From the IMG/VR virus record IMGVR_UViG_3300021400_000063: a DNA stretch of 64,000 nt; one strand, given 5' to 3'. This document shows positions 32,216 through 43,087 of the stretch, in pieces. The notes beneath the pieces were generated by a model. That model did not search any database. It was given only the letters and a program-made list of their open reading frames with translations, and was not told where the DNA came from. The position numbers were made by a program, and so were the translations under genes. Within the stretch, counting starts at the first letter, position 1, and every line of letters starts with the position of its first letter. The stretch is from a virus (taxonomy: Duplodnaviria; Caudoviricetes).

Positions 32216-33295
32216 TTATACCTTCGTGTTTAAAATATTATTAATTTCTTCTTGAGAGAATTCCATATGATAATCATCTTTAGCGATTTTCTGAGTTATT
32301 TGTATAAAATTCATATTTTCGAAACCTTTCATTTTATTATGAAGTTGTTCCTGCTGTTCTTTAATATCTGCAGTAATTTCTTCTTGTTTTTCAATAACTC
32401 GTTTAGATTTCATACGTAAAACACAACAGTTTTTATGATTTTTAACAAATCCTTCGATTGTATTACGTTTATTATCATCGTCGATATCTAATTTAATTCT
32501 TAAGAAATCATTTGATTCTTGATATCCTCTAAGCATATTTAAAAGAGGATCAATATCATTTGGTAATTTAGATGCTAATATAGTTGTAAAGGTCATAGCG
32601 TCTGGATTTTTCATAAAAGTCCATTTAGATTTATCACCTTTAACTTCTACTTCAATCCAACCTTTATCTTCTTCTTCACCAAAATTTAATCTTCCATAAG
32701 AACCACAATAAATAATATTCTTATAACAACTATGGGTATGAATATGACCACCTATAACAAAATGTTTAATATTATCTTTAAACATTTTCCAATCAAAATT
32801 ATAAGCATGTCTTACAATTTCATCAGACACATAACCATTGATACCAACATGTGTAAACATTCCATGAAAGAATGCAAAATCATAATTATCATTAAGATAA
32901 TCTTTATAATAATCATCATTTATTACATATTCTTCAGGAAGTAATAATAATTTCAATCCACAGACATTCAATTTAGTTACAGTATTAACAATAAAGAATT
33001 TATCAGATGAATAATGTAATAAACCATTTATTTGATGCCTATCGTGTGATTCTGTGCCTTCAATAACAATAATTGCAGCGCCAGTTGCTATACAATCGTC
33101 TATGAATTTTCCATAATAAATATTAGCGGGAGATCCGATTCCTTGTCTAGAATCAAATGAATCTCCTGGTATTACTATAAGATCAGGATGAACTTCGTTG
33201 CAATGTTTTATGAAATGGTTTTTTAAAGATTCATAAAACTTTTCTTCATTACCAGTTCTTCCAAAATGTAAATCCGCAATAGCTTCAATAATCAT
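32216..33295 (-). CDS. sbcD: SbcD/Mre11-family metallophosphoesterase nuclease
   Basis: ADLHFG, GDSFD, GTESHD, FHG, GHIH motifs. Confidence 0.88.
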   Translation of the reverse strand: MIIEAIADLHFGRTGNEEKFYESLKNHFIKHCNEVHPDLIVIPGDSFDSRQGIGSPANIYYGKFIDDCIATGAAIIVIEGTESHDRHQINGLLHYSSDKFFIVNTVTKLNVCGLKLLLLPEEYVINDDYYKDYLNDNYDFAFFHGMFTHVGINGYVSDEIVRHAYNFDWKMFKDNIKHFVIGGHIHTHSCYKNIIYCGSYGRLNFGEEEDKGWIEVEVKGDKSKWTFMKNPDAMTFTTILASKLPNDIDPLLNMLRGYQESNDFLRIKLDIDDDNKRNTIEGFVKNHKNCCVLRMKSKRVIEKQEEITADIKEQQEQLHNKMKGFENMNFIQITQKIAKDDYHMEFSQEEINNILNTKV

Positions 33296-33513
33296 ATAAT
33301 ACCTACAATTTTAAAAATAGACGATAATATCAAACATATCATAGCTGTAGATAATACATCACCAAAGGTAATAGGATGCTGTTTCATCGTAATTTTTCCT
33401 TTAGATATAAACTTGATAAATTTAGCATAGAAATATACTATGTAATAAGCCATATATCTTGTAAATAATAAAGCTATAGTTAAAGTTAATATAGTAAAAA
33501 GCAAATCAACCAT
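33292..33513 (-). CDS. Small two-TM membrane protein
   Basis: Two hydrophobic segments; overlaps both neighbours. Confidence 0.65.
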   Translation of the reverse strand: MVDLLFTILTLTIALLFTRYMAYYIVYFYAKFIKFISKGKITMKQHPITFGDVLSTAMICLILSSIFKIVGII

Positions 33514-34090
33514 GTCTCATATTCTCCTTAATATTTAATAATGTAACTTCATGATTTTCAAAAGTTTTCTTCATATCAATTAATCTCTGATTTGAAGAAC
33601 CTCTAAAAGCAAGGTTTAAATCTTTATTTTCTTCAACAAATGGACCATCGACTAAAACATCGATATTATTTAAAATATATTCCAAGTCATCAATATACCA
33701 ACATTCTGGACCATATCGCATAGAATCGCTCAACAATTGAATTAATAAATTTTCAAAAGTTGAACCGGTCCATAACCAAATATTTAATGGTTTATTACAT
33801 GTTTGTTCATAATAACGACTGCACTGTTCAATAATATATTTTACCTGATGTATATTTTCTTTTTCTAAAGGATCCCCACCTAATATAGATAACCCTTCAA
33901 CATAGTCTTTTGTTAAAGCAACTTGTAATTGAGCTAAACATTTTTCGGTAAATTCTTCACCGGCTTCAAAATTCCAATATTCTGAACTATGACAACCTTT
34001 ACATTTATGTGTACAACCTGAGACATACAATCCTACTCTAATTCCAGGACCATCTGCTGAATCAAATTCGTCAATTTTAAAAAAGTTCAT
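33506..34090 (-). CDS. nrdG: Anaerobic RNR activating enzyme (radical SAM)
   Basis: DGPGIR, CTHKCKGC, LGGDP, DVLVDGPF, FRGSSNQR. Confidence 0.95.
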   Translation of the reverse strand: MNFFKIDEFDSADGPGIRVGLYVSGCTHKCKGCHSSEYWNFEAGEEFTEKCLAQLQVALTKDYVEGLSILGGDPLEKENIHQVKYIIEQCSRYYEQTCNKPLNIWLWTGSTFENLLIQLLSDSMRYGPECWYIDDLEYILNNIDVLVDGPFVEENKDLNLAFRGSSNQRLIDMKKTFENHEVTLLNIKENMRHG

Positions 34091-34369
34091 ATTAAAGTAC
34101 CTCTCATATATTTATCTTCTTATTATTATATAAAAGAAAAAAAAAGAGAAGAAATATCAACGATACTTCTTCTCTTATAATTAAAGGAGATTATCTTATA
34201 TGAGTATTTTTAAAAATACTATAAAAGAAGGTGAAGCCATAACTTTGAGATACTCGAATGGGTGGGAGGGGAATATCGAATACCCCTTAGTTACAGCTCA
34301 AGAATATAATATATAAAGTATTTATTTTTTATTAACTCGACATTTTTATATAACTTAAGGAGTAATTTT

Positions 34370-35050
34370 ATGAAACTCGAGATAAACAAGTCATACATTC
34401 TTTTTACAAATTCAGATTATATTCTTAATAAAAAAATTAGAGTACTTTCATATATGAATTATGATCGTGCTTCAGAATATGCTTCATTTACTGAAAATGT
34501 TGCCATTAATGAAAAATTCATAGATTCTTCTGGAGACGCAGATTATCTTAAAAAACAAACATTCTACGATTGTGGTGTAATTAAACTTGAAGATGGTGAA
34601 TGGAAACTCACTGGTGAAACTGTAATTGTTTGGGATGATATCATTGATACTGATCGTACTCAACGCCTTTATGAAGATTATGTTTATAAACTTAATTTTA
34701 AATTTAAAGATGTTTCTGATACTGATATTATATCTTATGAAGATGTAGTGAAAACAATCACAGATGCTATAAATAACACATATAATATTAGTAAAACTAA
34801 AGTTGAATTCGAATTGGAAAAAATAAATTCTTCCGATTTAAATGATGCTGAAGCAGAATTAACAAATGTGAAAAATGTATTAAATGACGCAAAGAATACA
34901 TTAAATGCATTTATAAGTTTAGAAGATTCCGCAAAAGCTATAAACTCAGAATTCTCAGACAATGATATTTTGACTAAAGTGAATACACTTTCTTCAAATG
35001 TTAATACTATTCTTAAGAATACCAATACAATCATCGCTCAAACATCATAG
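34370..35050 (+). CDS. Hypothetical (probably virion) protein
   Basis: 226 aa, late-type promoter GACA-N6-TA at 34339. Confidence 0.7.
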   Translation: MKLEINKSYILFTNSDYILNKKIRVLSYMNYDRASEYASFTENVAINEKFIDSSGDADYLKKQTFYDCGVIKLEDGEWKLTGETVIVWDDIIDTDRTQRLYEDYVYKLNFKFKDVSDTDIISYEDVVKTITDAINNTYNISKTKVEFELEKINSSDLNDAEAELTNVKNVLNDAKNTLNAFISLEDSAKAINSEFSDNDILTKVNTLSSNVNTILKNTNTIIAQTS

Positions 35051-35087
35051 CAAAAAAAGAAGGGAGATTTTTCTCCCTTCTTTAATT

Positions 35088-36071
35088 TCATTTTTTCTCC
35101 TGTGCTTTTAACCAATTATTCTTACGTTTCTTATCGTTTCGTTTTCTAGCAAAACGTTTATAAGCACGAACAATATTTGGAGCTGTTTTATCTGTTAAGA
35201 AACCAAATATCTGATCAATCGAAACAAAGTTAAGTACCAAATCTTTAACACCTGATACTATAGTTTTAATACCTTCTTTCTTTCGTTCTTTTATTTCATT
35301 TCTAACATAGCCATTGTAAGATCTAGTTTGACCTTCTCTTACCATAGCTATAAATGGTGTAGTTAAACCTTCACGTACATCATTACGATAATAAGCAGCA
35401 TTAGGTTTACTATTAAACATAAGATAACCCGTTAATGGTGAAATCATGAATGGTATAGGTCCAACATCGATTCCATTATCATTAACCCAAAATGATTTAA
35501 TAAAGACATTTCCATTTTCAGAAATAATATCAAAAATTAATCTTTCCGATTTTACATCATGATGTTTAGATTTAATGTCTTCATACTTAATATATTCTAT
35601 AAGAATATTATTAAGTTCATTGTTTTCATTAGATCCATGGACCAATTTTATTTTTTCATTATGATCCAGATATCTAATCTCCATAGCATTAATATTATCC
35701 AATTGCGAATCAAACTCACTATAGGAATATAATCCAGAATTAATACCATTAGATTTTGTTCTATAACAGTCAGTTTCATGCATATTTATTTGGATTCCAT
35801 TCTGAATCATCAAGTCCTGATTCTCTGGCTCTTCCATCATAGCAACACCTGTTATAGCATCTTCTTCAGTTTCAAACAGAACTGTATTAAGTTCTGGTAT
35901 AACTGTAAGATTTTTACAAATAGGATAATTTGTAATATGATCATCTTTTATTATCTGAATTTGTTCAGCATCAGAATACACATTTTGAATATATCCTATT
36001 TTACCTTCTTCATCTATATACCATAATGGTTTTCTAGACAAAATTTTAATTTGATTAACATTTGTGAACAA
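35088..36071 (-). CDS. Hypothetical protein
   Basis: Long ORF; AAGGAGG lies 9 nt before the TTG at 36071. Confidence 0.65.
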   Translation of the reverse strand: MFTNVNQIKILSRKPLWYIDEEGKIGYIQNVYSDAEQIQIIKDDHITNYPICKNLTVIPELNTVLFETEEDAITGVAMMEEPENQDLMIQNGIQINMHETDCYRTKSNGINSGLYSYSEFDSQLDNINAMEIRYLDHNEKIKLVHGSNENNELNNILIEYIKYEDIKSKHHDVKSERLIFDIISENGNVFIKSFWVNDNGIDVGPIPFMISPLTGYLMFNSKPNAAYYRNDVREGLTTPFIAMVREGQTRSYNGYVRNEIKERKKEGIKTIVSGVKDLVLNFVSIDQIFGFLTDKTAPNIVRAYKRFARKRNDKKRKNNWLKAQEKK

Positions 36072-36231
36072 TTGACTTTGCCTCCTTACTTCCTGCAACT
36101 ATAGTTGTTTTAGATTTCCATTCTTCAAAAGAATTTTGAATCTGTATAGCACAAGATGTTGGAATAATTCCTTCCATAGCTTTAGTTGTTACTTCATCCA
36201 CCAATGTTTGAAATTTTTCATAATAAGTCAT
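36055..36231 (-). CDS. 58-aa hypothetical protein
   Basis: GAGGAGG RBS and early promoter; below the ORF-track length cutoff. Confidence 0.6.
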   Translation of the reverse strand: MTYYEKFQTLVDEVTTKAMEGIIPTSCAIQIQNSFEEWKSKTTIVAGSKEAKSIVHKC

Positions 36232-36348
36232 ATTTACTTACCTCCTCAAATATTTCTTATTCATAAATATAATATATTAAGAAAAAATAAATAAAAAGAG
36301 GCGGATTTATTCCGCCTCTTTTCTCAAAACATTGTTACAAATTACAGC

Positions 36349-36555
36349 TTAGTTAGCAGCTTTTGGAGCTACCTTAGCAGCTTTTGGAGCTTTCTTTGTA
36401 ACTCTTCCGAGTAAGAAAGATCCTACTGTAAGAATTCCAGCTCCACCAGCAACTACAACTTTTGTTGTTTTGCTACTTGCTTTTACATCCTTTGATACTT
36501 TTGAAGGGATGCTCTTGATTGTTGTAACGAACTTGTTTTCTTTTGTGTCTGCCAT
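36349..36555 (-). CDS. Small basic single-TM protein
   Basis: GGAG/GAGG RBS; hydrophobic VVVAGGAGILTVGSFLLG segment. Confidence 0.7.
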   Translation of the reverse strand: MADTKENKFVTTIKSIPSKVSKDVKASSKTTKVVVAGGAGILTVGSFLLGRVTKKAPKAAKVAPKAAN

Positions 36556-36747
36556 AATTGGAGACCTCCTAGATAATTATTTTTGAACCTTGGCGCCAAG
36601 TTGCTTATGGTTCATATTGTTAAGGTAATTATGTCATACGACTTTTTCCTTAATCATCAATAAAATATATAATTCAAAAAAAAGATAAATTTACACTTAT
36701 ATCTTTCAATAAATTATGATACTTTTATGTTATATTATTGTAAAAAA

Positions 36748-37578
36748 TTATAAAACATCATTACCAGGAGCAGGAATTATAAAGATATGATTACCATCTT
36801 TTTTAACTTCGGCACAATTTAAATCTTTTAATGTTTTTATAAGATCATTAAAATCTGTATAATCTTTATCAACGATCTTAATAAAATTAAATTTATCCAA
36901 TTTAATAACAGCTTCTTCTTTCATAGCCATCTTAGCTTTAGAATCAAGAGGATATTTAGACCCATCTTTAATCTCTATAGCAAGATTTAATGAAGGTATC
37001 CAGAAATCAGGAATATAAAAACGTTCTACATTAGTAAATTTATCAAGATATTTAATAGCCATATTTGTAGGGAATGGTATTACATCAGAACTTGTAAAAT
37101 GAAGAGTATTTTCACAGTATTGTAAAAAGTCCAATTCATACTTGCCTACATAGATAATTTGTACACCATCTTGCCAAGTATATTTACCAGAGATCTTTCT
37201 GTTAGCAAGCATTTCTGCCTGATGTTCAGGATCATTAAGTAAGTTATCTGTTCCATAAATACGTTTCATATTTTTCTGAAACATTTCCCTTGCTTTCTTT
37301 TTACATTCGGGATTTGTACAATATCTAGCATATTTATGCTTAACAGGATTCCATTCACAAGTATTTTTCTTACAAATTACACAGAGTTTAATTCCAGGAT
37401 TTCGTTTATCAAAAAGATATTTATAAGGATCTTCATTACCTATAAGATCAGCATGTATTTTAGTAGCATGTTTAAATAACTGATCGAATGTACCAAAACG
37501 TTGTCCACAATCTTCACATTTAAATCTACGACGTCCGGTTACTTCTCGTTTATTATTTTTAGAGTATTTTTTAGCCAT
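36748..37578 (-). CDS. Zinc-finger plus PD-(D/E)xK nuclease-like protein
   Basis: C2H2 finger CEDC...H....H, second Cys cluster, YIPDF...IEIK. Confidence 0.75.
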   Translation of the reverse strand: MAKKYSKNNKREVTGRRRFKCEDCGQRFGTFDQLFKHATKIHADLIGNEDPYKYLFDKRNPGIKLCVICKKNTCEWNPVKHKYARYCTNPECKKKAREMFQKNMKRIYGTDNLLNDPEHQAEMLANRKISGKYTWQDGVQIIYVGKYELDFLQYCENTLHFTSSDVIPFPTNMAIKYLDKFTNVERFYIPDFWIPSLNLAIEIKDGSKYPLDSKAKMAMKEEAVIKLDKFNFIKIVDKDYTDFNDLIKTLKDLNCAEVKKDGNHIFIIPAPGNDVL

Positions 37579-37716
37579 AATATTCTACCCTTTATTTTAT
37601 GATATATCAAATTGTCATTCTTCGCAAAATAAAAAAAGAAGGAACTATTAAAGTTCCTTCTTACGATTTAATTAAAATTTCAACTAAGATCTACCCCAAG
37701 TAGGATATCCCGATCC

Positions 37717-38295
37717 CTATGGTGATTGTCCTGACATCGGTCCTGTTGATGCTCTAAGTTTTGTAGCCATGATATGAATGAAATTCATTACATTAGGATC
37801 CATCATTTTATCATCAGCTATAAAAGTAAATAACTTTGAAATAAGACCATCGTTCATTTTGTTATTAGGAGCGTGTATTTGAAGATTGATACTACCATCT
37901 TCCTCAATATTTAAATTGAATTTAAATTCATCTCCATCTTTGGCACAATTGCCTATTGTAGCTCCTATAGCATTGACCAATAATGAATTGAGAGGGATTG
38001 TATCAGAAGAATGAATTACTTTACCATTTTCCCTTGTAATGGAAAGATCTATTCTCCGTTTTACAATGCGTCCATTATTAGATTCATTTGAATCGATAGT
38101 AGGATCATTGATGTGATCATCAATTTCATCAGCAAAATCTTTATAAGCTTTTGCGGTTGGATCATTTTCGTTATTCAATACGTTGTTAGCAAAATTTTTA
38201 TCTTTGCATGTATTACAATAACCCTGTTCGATCGGATCATCCGGTCTTTCTAACTCTCTCAATTTGTCAGCAATCTGATCATCTTTCATATTCAC
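37717..38295 (-). CDS. Hypothetical early protein
   Basis: 192-aa ORF; leader duplicated with the next gene. Confidence 0.65.
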   Translation of the reverse strand: MNMKDDQIADKLRELERPDDPIEQGYCNTCKDKNFANNVLNNENDPTAKAYKDFADEIDDHINDPTIDSNESNNGRIVKRRIDLSITRENGKVIHSSDTIPLNSLLVNAIGATIGNCAKDGDEFKFNLNIEEDGSINLQIHAPNNKMNDGLISKLFTFIADDKMMDPNVMNFIHIMATKLRASTGPMSGQSP

Positions 38296-38419
38296 TTACC
38301 CTTCCTTTATAAAAGTATTATTTTCGTAGAGATTAAGTTTAACAAACTTATTTATTCCTACATTATTTAAATATATAAATAAAAAAAGAAGGAACTTTAA
38401 TAGTTCCTTCTTTTAATTA

Positions 38420-38782
38420 TTAACCAACTGATTGTTGATTATTAATTGTAGGTTGTTCTACTATAGGGTTTGATTCATCAAATCCATTAATAGTATTACA
38501 AACAATAGTAACAGCATTAGCCACATCACTGATCGTTTGTAATTTTGTAACTTTTGTACCAGATTCTGTACATCTAACTTGTAAAATTTCTTTTTGAGTT
38601 TTATTACGATCTAATTCAATTTCTTTTAAATTATTATCATGATGTATTTCAATCTCTTTAATAGATTGAATTAAATCATTAAATGATTTCAACATTTCTT
38701 TAGCCAATTCTTCAGAAATCTTTTTTTCTGATAATAATTTAGAAACATTTTCTAAATATTCACAATAATTTGTATTATCCAT
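38420..38782 (-). CDS. Hypothetical early protein
   Basis: 120-aa ORF, AAGGAG RBS. Confidence 0.7.
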   Translation of the reverse strand: MDNTNYCEYLENVSKLLSEKKISEELAKEMLKSFNDLIQSIKEIEIHHDNNLKEIELDRNKTQKEILQVRCTESGTKVTKLQTISDVANAVTIVCNTINGFDESNPIVEQPTINNQQSVG

Positions 38783-38926
38783 GATATTTAATCTCCTTAA
38801 TATTTTTCGTAAAAATCAAGTTTAACAAACTTATTTATTCCTACATTATTAAAATATATAAGACAAAAATTATCATATTGTATATAAAAACAAATCGATA
38901 TAATATATTTTTCTAAGGAATATTTT

Positions 38927-39337
38927 ATGGATAAAGTAATAGTAAATCCAACTTTTCGATCAGATATAGATGGTAAACTTTTCAAAAATAAAGATACCAA
39001 TAAAGATATTCAGGAAACTGTTATATTTAATGCTTTGACAACTAGATTATCTATTTATAAAGGTGATTTAGCTTTATTTCCTAATTTAGGTTTAAAACAA
39101 CACTTATTTAATTTTTCATTCGAAGATGAATCTGGCGTAGCTGAAGCAGCAAGTAATATGGAAACTGATATTGAACAACAATTGAATAAATCATGTACTG
39201 TTCAATATGAGTTAAATCCTGATACAAAAATTATAAAACTATCGATTCATATTACAGGTATAGAATATGCTTACGAATATGAATTTACTAATATTAATAA
39301 TTCTATACGAATTATAAACAACACCATTACTAATTAA
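38927..39337 (+). CDS. gp25-like baseplate wedge protein
   Basis: Size and motif KGDLALFPNLG resemble the gp25/GPW family. Confidence 0.6.
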   Translation: MDKVIVNPTFRSDIDGKLFKNKDTNKDIQETVIFNALTTRLSIYKGDLALFPNLGLKQHLFNFSFEDESGVAEAASNMETDIEQQLNKSCTVQYELNPDTKIIKLSIHITGIEYAYEYEFTNINNSIRIINNTITN

Positions 39338-40074
39338 TGGAGGAATTTATTATGGTACAAAGTAACGAAAATAAACAACCAAATTATACTTCTAAATTCG
39401 GTTTAGTAAATATTATGTCTGCTGAAGAAAAATCAGATTATAAAAAATTCAACGATCGTCTTTTAAGCATGAGCTATGGAGATCTTGAAAAATTAATTTC
39501 TGGTTCAGCGGGAGATATCTTAACTAGTGAACAACGTGATCTTGTAGCTTGGCAATTTAAAATCCGTGAACTTGATGAAATGAAACGTCGTGGTGTAAAC
39601 ATGGCTGAAACTTACAATGTAAACAATGTTAAAAATGTTGATTATGATCCTGAAACACCTAATTTGGTAAATTGGCAAATTGCTGAAAGAAATAGAATTG
39701 AAGGCATGTCTCTAGAAGCTCTGGAACGAGCTAAAAAATTAGTAGATGATACACCAGTTGTTATTTCAAAAGATCAGATGCATAACATGAATGGTGGCGG
39801 TATTAATGTAGCTTGTAATAAATATGTAGTTGTTGATGAGAATGGAGATGAAGTTCTTGTTAATAATAGAAACATTCAGGAAATGTTTAGAAAACGCTAT
39901 ATTAAAGCTATGTCTGATGTTACAGGATTCGATTTTACTAAATATAATCTTGATGGTAATATGGATGAACCAGATTTAGATTATACTGCGATGGTCGATG
40001 GTCATGAACCTCTTCCACAAGAAGATAGTTTTAACAATATTAAGTTGAATACAGATGATTATGAAGATGACTAA
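39337..40074 (+). CDS. Hypothetical protein
   Basis: 245-aa ORF (true start may be 39352). Confidence 0.7.
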   Translation: MEEFIMVQSNENKQPNYTSKFGLVNIMSAEEKSDYKKFNDRLLSMSYGDLEKLISGSAGDILTSEQRDLVAWQFKIRELDEMKRRGVNMAETYNVNNVKNVDYDPETPNLVNWQIAERNRIEGMSLEALERAKKLVDDTPVVISKDQMHNMNGGGINVACNKYVVVDENGDEVLVNNRNIQEMFRKRYIKAMSDVTGFDFTKYNLDGNMDEPDLDYTAMVDGHEPLPQEDSFNNIKLNTDDYEDD

Positions 40075-40422
40075 TATTAAATGAATCCTGGATTTTATTC
40101 CAGGATTTTATATTTTCTATTTTTTATACCCTGTAAATCAAAAAAATTTTCATTTATTTATTGTGTATCGAAATAATTGATTTTATTGTTTATTATGATT
40201 TCAAATTATCCTATTAGCTTAGTTTTCAATCATTTCGACTTTTCGTTGAAAAGTCGATCATTGGAAACTATTATGATTTATATAACGAAAGTTCAGATTA
40301 ATTAAGGGGAATATTTTCTTATTAAAGAAATAATATAGTTTAACTTTCAAATATTTATTTTTTTTTCTATATCTATATTTTTGACATTTAGATATAATAC
40401 AATTATTTGGAGAAATACTTTT

Positions 40423-41445
40423 ATGAATAGAATATCTGATACAAAATTTTTCAATTTCGTAAATAAAAAATATAATTATAATAGTAAACTTTCAAAAATC
40501 AATTTTAAAGACTATTATATTCCATCTGATCTTATAAATGATAAATTAAATAATTTCAAAGGATATAAATATCCTTTAGTAACTGAAATTATTGAAGCTG
40601 TTAAATCTGGTAAAATTATACCTTGTAATTTCTCAGAATCTAATAATCCTAAAAAAGTTAATGTTAATTTACACACTGATCTTAAATGGCCACATGCTAT
40701 ATTTAATTTAACTGGAATGAATGAAAAAGGTAATTTAATTGTAATGTGTGACCTTTCAACTAAAGGAAAATATCAATATGCTCCAACTGGAGAATTAATA
40801 TTCTTCAATATTCCAGATATTATTTTATTCCATATGTTAATGGGAGCTTATATTACATATAAACTTGAATCTCAACCAGAATTATCTTCAAATCCATCTT
40901 TAGTAACTAAAGTAGCAGAATGTTATGCATTAATCAATTCTAAAATCATTGATAATATGTTCCCTATTATTCAGACATCTAGAACAGATTGGAATAAACT
41001 TCAAATGATTCTTCAAACATATTGTATGGAAGTTATGTTTGATATTTCTCATGATGATGCTATTAAATACGCATTAAAATCAAGATTAATTCAAGATAAA
41101 AATGCTGTTATGAGTGAATCTAACTTCATTATGACTAATAAAGATTTTACATCATCTGCTAATTATAATGATAAATTCCCTATTGATATTTTATGTGATA
41201 TTCTTTGTGAAGAATTCCCCAACTTTATTAAACCTACAGAATTTAATGCAAATATCTTTAATATGAAATTTACTCAAAGAATGAATAAAAATAGTGCATT
41301 TTGTTTGGATCATTCTATTAGTTTTATCATTATGTTACTATTTGGAAAAGCTTCAATTGGTATTTATAATGATATGCTTATTAAAGATTATTTAAGTTTA
41401 GCATCTTTTGATATAACAAAAGAATTAGCTATTCTTTGCAAATGA
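40423..41445 (+). CDS. Hypothetical (probably virion) protein
   Basis: GGAG RBS before ATG 40423; late-type promoter at 40383. Confidence 0.7.
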   Translation: MNRISDTKFFNFVNKKYNYNSKLSKINFKDYYIPSDLINDKLNNFKGYKYPLVTEIIEAVKSGKIIPCNFSESNNPKKVNVNLHTDLKWPHAIFNLTGMNEKGNLIVMCDLSTKGKYQYAPTGELIFFNIPDIILFHMLMGAYITYKLESQPELSSNPSLVTKVAECYALINSKIIDNMFPIIQTSRTDWNKLQMILQTYCMEVMFDISHDDAIKYALKSRLIQDKNAVMSESNFIMTNKDFTSSANYNDKFPIDILCDILCEEFPNFIKPTEFNANIFNMKFTQRMNKNSAFCLDHSISFIIMLLFGKASIGIYNDMLIKDYLSLASFDITKELAILCK

Positions 41446-41566
41446 TTCCCGATGTTTTCTAATTGACGGTGGAGCTTAGGCGGCTCCACCAGTTTTATAT
41501 TTTTATAAATATTAACGCATATTTAAATATATCACTTATACTTAATATTATGGAGGTTAAATTAAA

Positions 41567-42175
41567 ATGTTTAGTAATAAAAGTGAACAATGTGCTAAGA
41601 ATTTTTACATTTTTTGTATTTTAAGTATTGTATTATGTATATCTACTTTATGTCTTACTATTTTCATTTGTAAACGTAATTTGAAACCTGAAACTAAATA
41701 TGTAGAAATTGAAAAAATTGTAGAAAAAGAAGTAATTGTTGAAAAAACTATTGATGAATATTTTAACGATTATTATAAATCTCCTATGAATGAACCTGTA
41801 TGGGTTTCATCTCCAGTTGGTCCTAGAAATTTAGAAATTACATCTGAAACTTTTCATAGAGGTGATGATTTTGTAGGTATTTCTAAAAATACAGAAATTA
41901 AAGCTGCTGCTGATGGAATTGTTGTAGAACATTGGCCAGCTCCTAATGGATATTATAAAGGTCATCCTGTTTATGGTGGATATATTGTAATACAACATGA
42001 TAATGGAACTTATACTGTTTATGCTCATATGAGTGATACAACTGTACATACAGGTGAAAAGGTTAAACAAGGTCAAAAAATAGGTGTAATTGGAGATACC
42101 GGTCTAGCCACAGGTGTCCATTTACATTTTGAAATAGTTCTCACACCACATAATTTTATAAAAATTACAACTTAA
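41567..42175 (+). CDS. Membrane-anchored M23 peptidase
   Basis: N-terminal TM; HRGDD, YAHM, TGVHLHFE. Confidence 0.9.
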   Translation: MFSNKSEQCAKNFYIFCILSIVLCISTLCLTIFICKRNLKPETKYVEIEKIVEKEVIVEKTIDEYFNDYYKSPMNEPVWVSSPVGPRNLEITSETFHRGDDFVGISKNTEIKAAADGIVVEHWPAPNGYYKGHPVYGGYIVIQHDNGTYTVYAHMSDTTVHTGEKVKQGQKIGVIGDTGLATGVHLHFEIVLTPHNFIKITT

Positions 42176-42193
42176 TTTTAAGGAGAAACATAA

Positions 42194-43057
42194 ATGAAAG
42201 TTGAACATTTAAAAGTTGTTGGAATAGAAGAAGCAATGCGTGGAATGCGTAATGCTTATGATTCTTGGGATAAAGCTGACAGTTATATTATTCCAAATGT
42301 CGTTCCTGGAACCCCAGAATTTGAAAACAAATTAAAAACATATCCAGTTAAATTATTATCTCAAGGTGATACGATTACACATGTTGTTGAAAAAACATCT
42401 GAATGTATTCATTATAATCCTTGGGCTCAAACTTACAATATTAATAAAACTGCAATTGATTCTGAAAAATATCCAGAATATAATTGTAATATTAATGTTG
42501 AAACTGATAGAGTTGCTATTATTGGTAAAAATGATATAGATCTTATGCAGAGATTGGTATCTCATGATCAAACATCGATTAACGGTGGAGAACCAAATTC
42601 TAAATATCTTCGTGATATTACAGTAACTCTTGATATTACAGCATCTTTCGATTTCTGGAAAGAATTCGATACTTATAAAGTAGGAACAGTTGCTAATTCA
42701 TGTTCAACTATGCACACAATTACAAAACATCCTATTACTATCGAAAATATTTCTACAGCAGATCTTCGTGAAAAAGATATTAAGAATATCGAAGAAAAAT
42801 GGTTACCGATCCTTAACGAAATTGTTAATGATGAATCATTATCTGTAATTGAAAAAACAAGAATTCTTAGTAAAATGAATCTTGTTGGTTTCGAACAGAA
42901 AAGAACCATTAAACTCAATTATCAAGTAATTAAGAATATGGATGTCTGGAGGATGGGACATAAACTTAAAGAATGGAGAGTTTTGATTAATGTATATTTC
43001 AAAAATCTTCCTTATGTTGAATCTCTTTTCATTAGAAATCCATATTTAAAAAAATAA
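42194..43057 (+). CDS. ThyX-like (flavin-dependent thymidylate synthase family) protein
   Basis: AMRGMRN, KYLR, FWKEFDTYKVG, NSCSTMH, NYQ..KN...R.GHKLKEW. Confidence 0.7.
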   Translation: MKVEHLKVVGIEEAMRGMRNAYDSWDKADSYIIPNVVPGTPEFENKLKTYPVKLLSQGDTITHVVEKTSECIHYNPWAQTYNINKTAIDSEKYPEYNCNINVETDRVAIIGKNDIDLMQRLVSHDQTSINGGEPNSKYLRDITVTLDITASFDFWKEFDTYKVGTVANSCSTMHTITKHPITIENISTADLREKDIKNIEEKWLPILNEIVNDESLSVIEKTRILSKMNLVGFEQKRTIKLNYQVIKNMDVWRMGHKLKEWRVLINVYFKNLPYVESLFIRNPYLKK

Positions 43058-43087
43058 TTCTAATCATATAAGGAGAAAATAAATATT

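Noticed and set aside
36055-36098. Frameshift joining the 36231 ORF to 35088-36098
   Set aside because: A perfect AAGGAGG lies 9 nt before the TTG at 36071, so independent initiation explains it; no in-frame AGG in the upstream frame
37670-37720. TAG stop-codon reassignment
   Set aside because: Long conserved genes are intact under the standard code and TAG precedes terminators elsewhere
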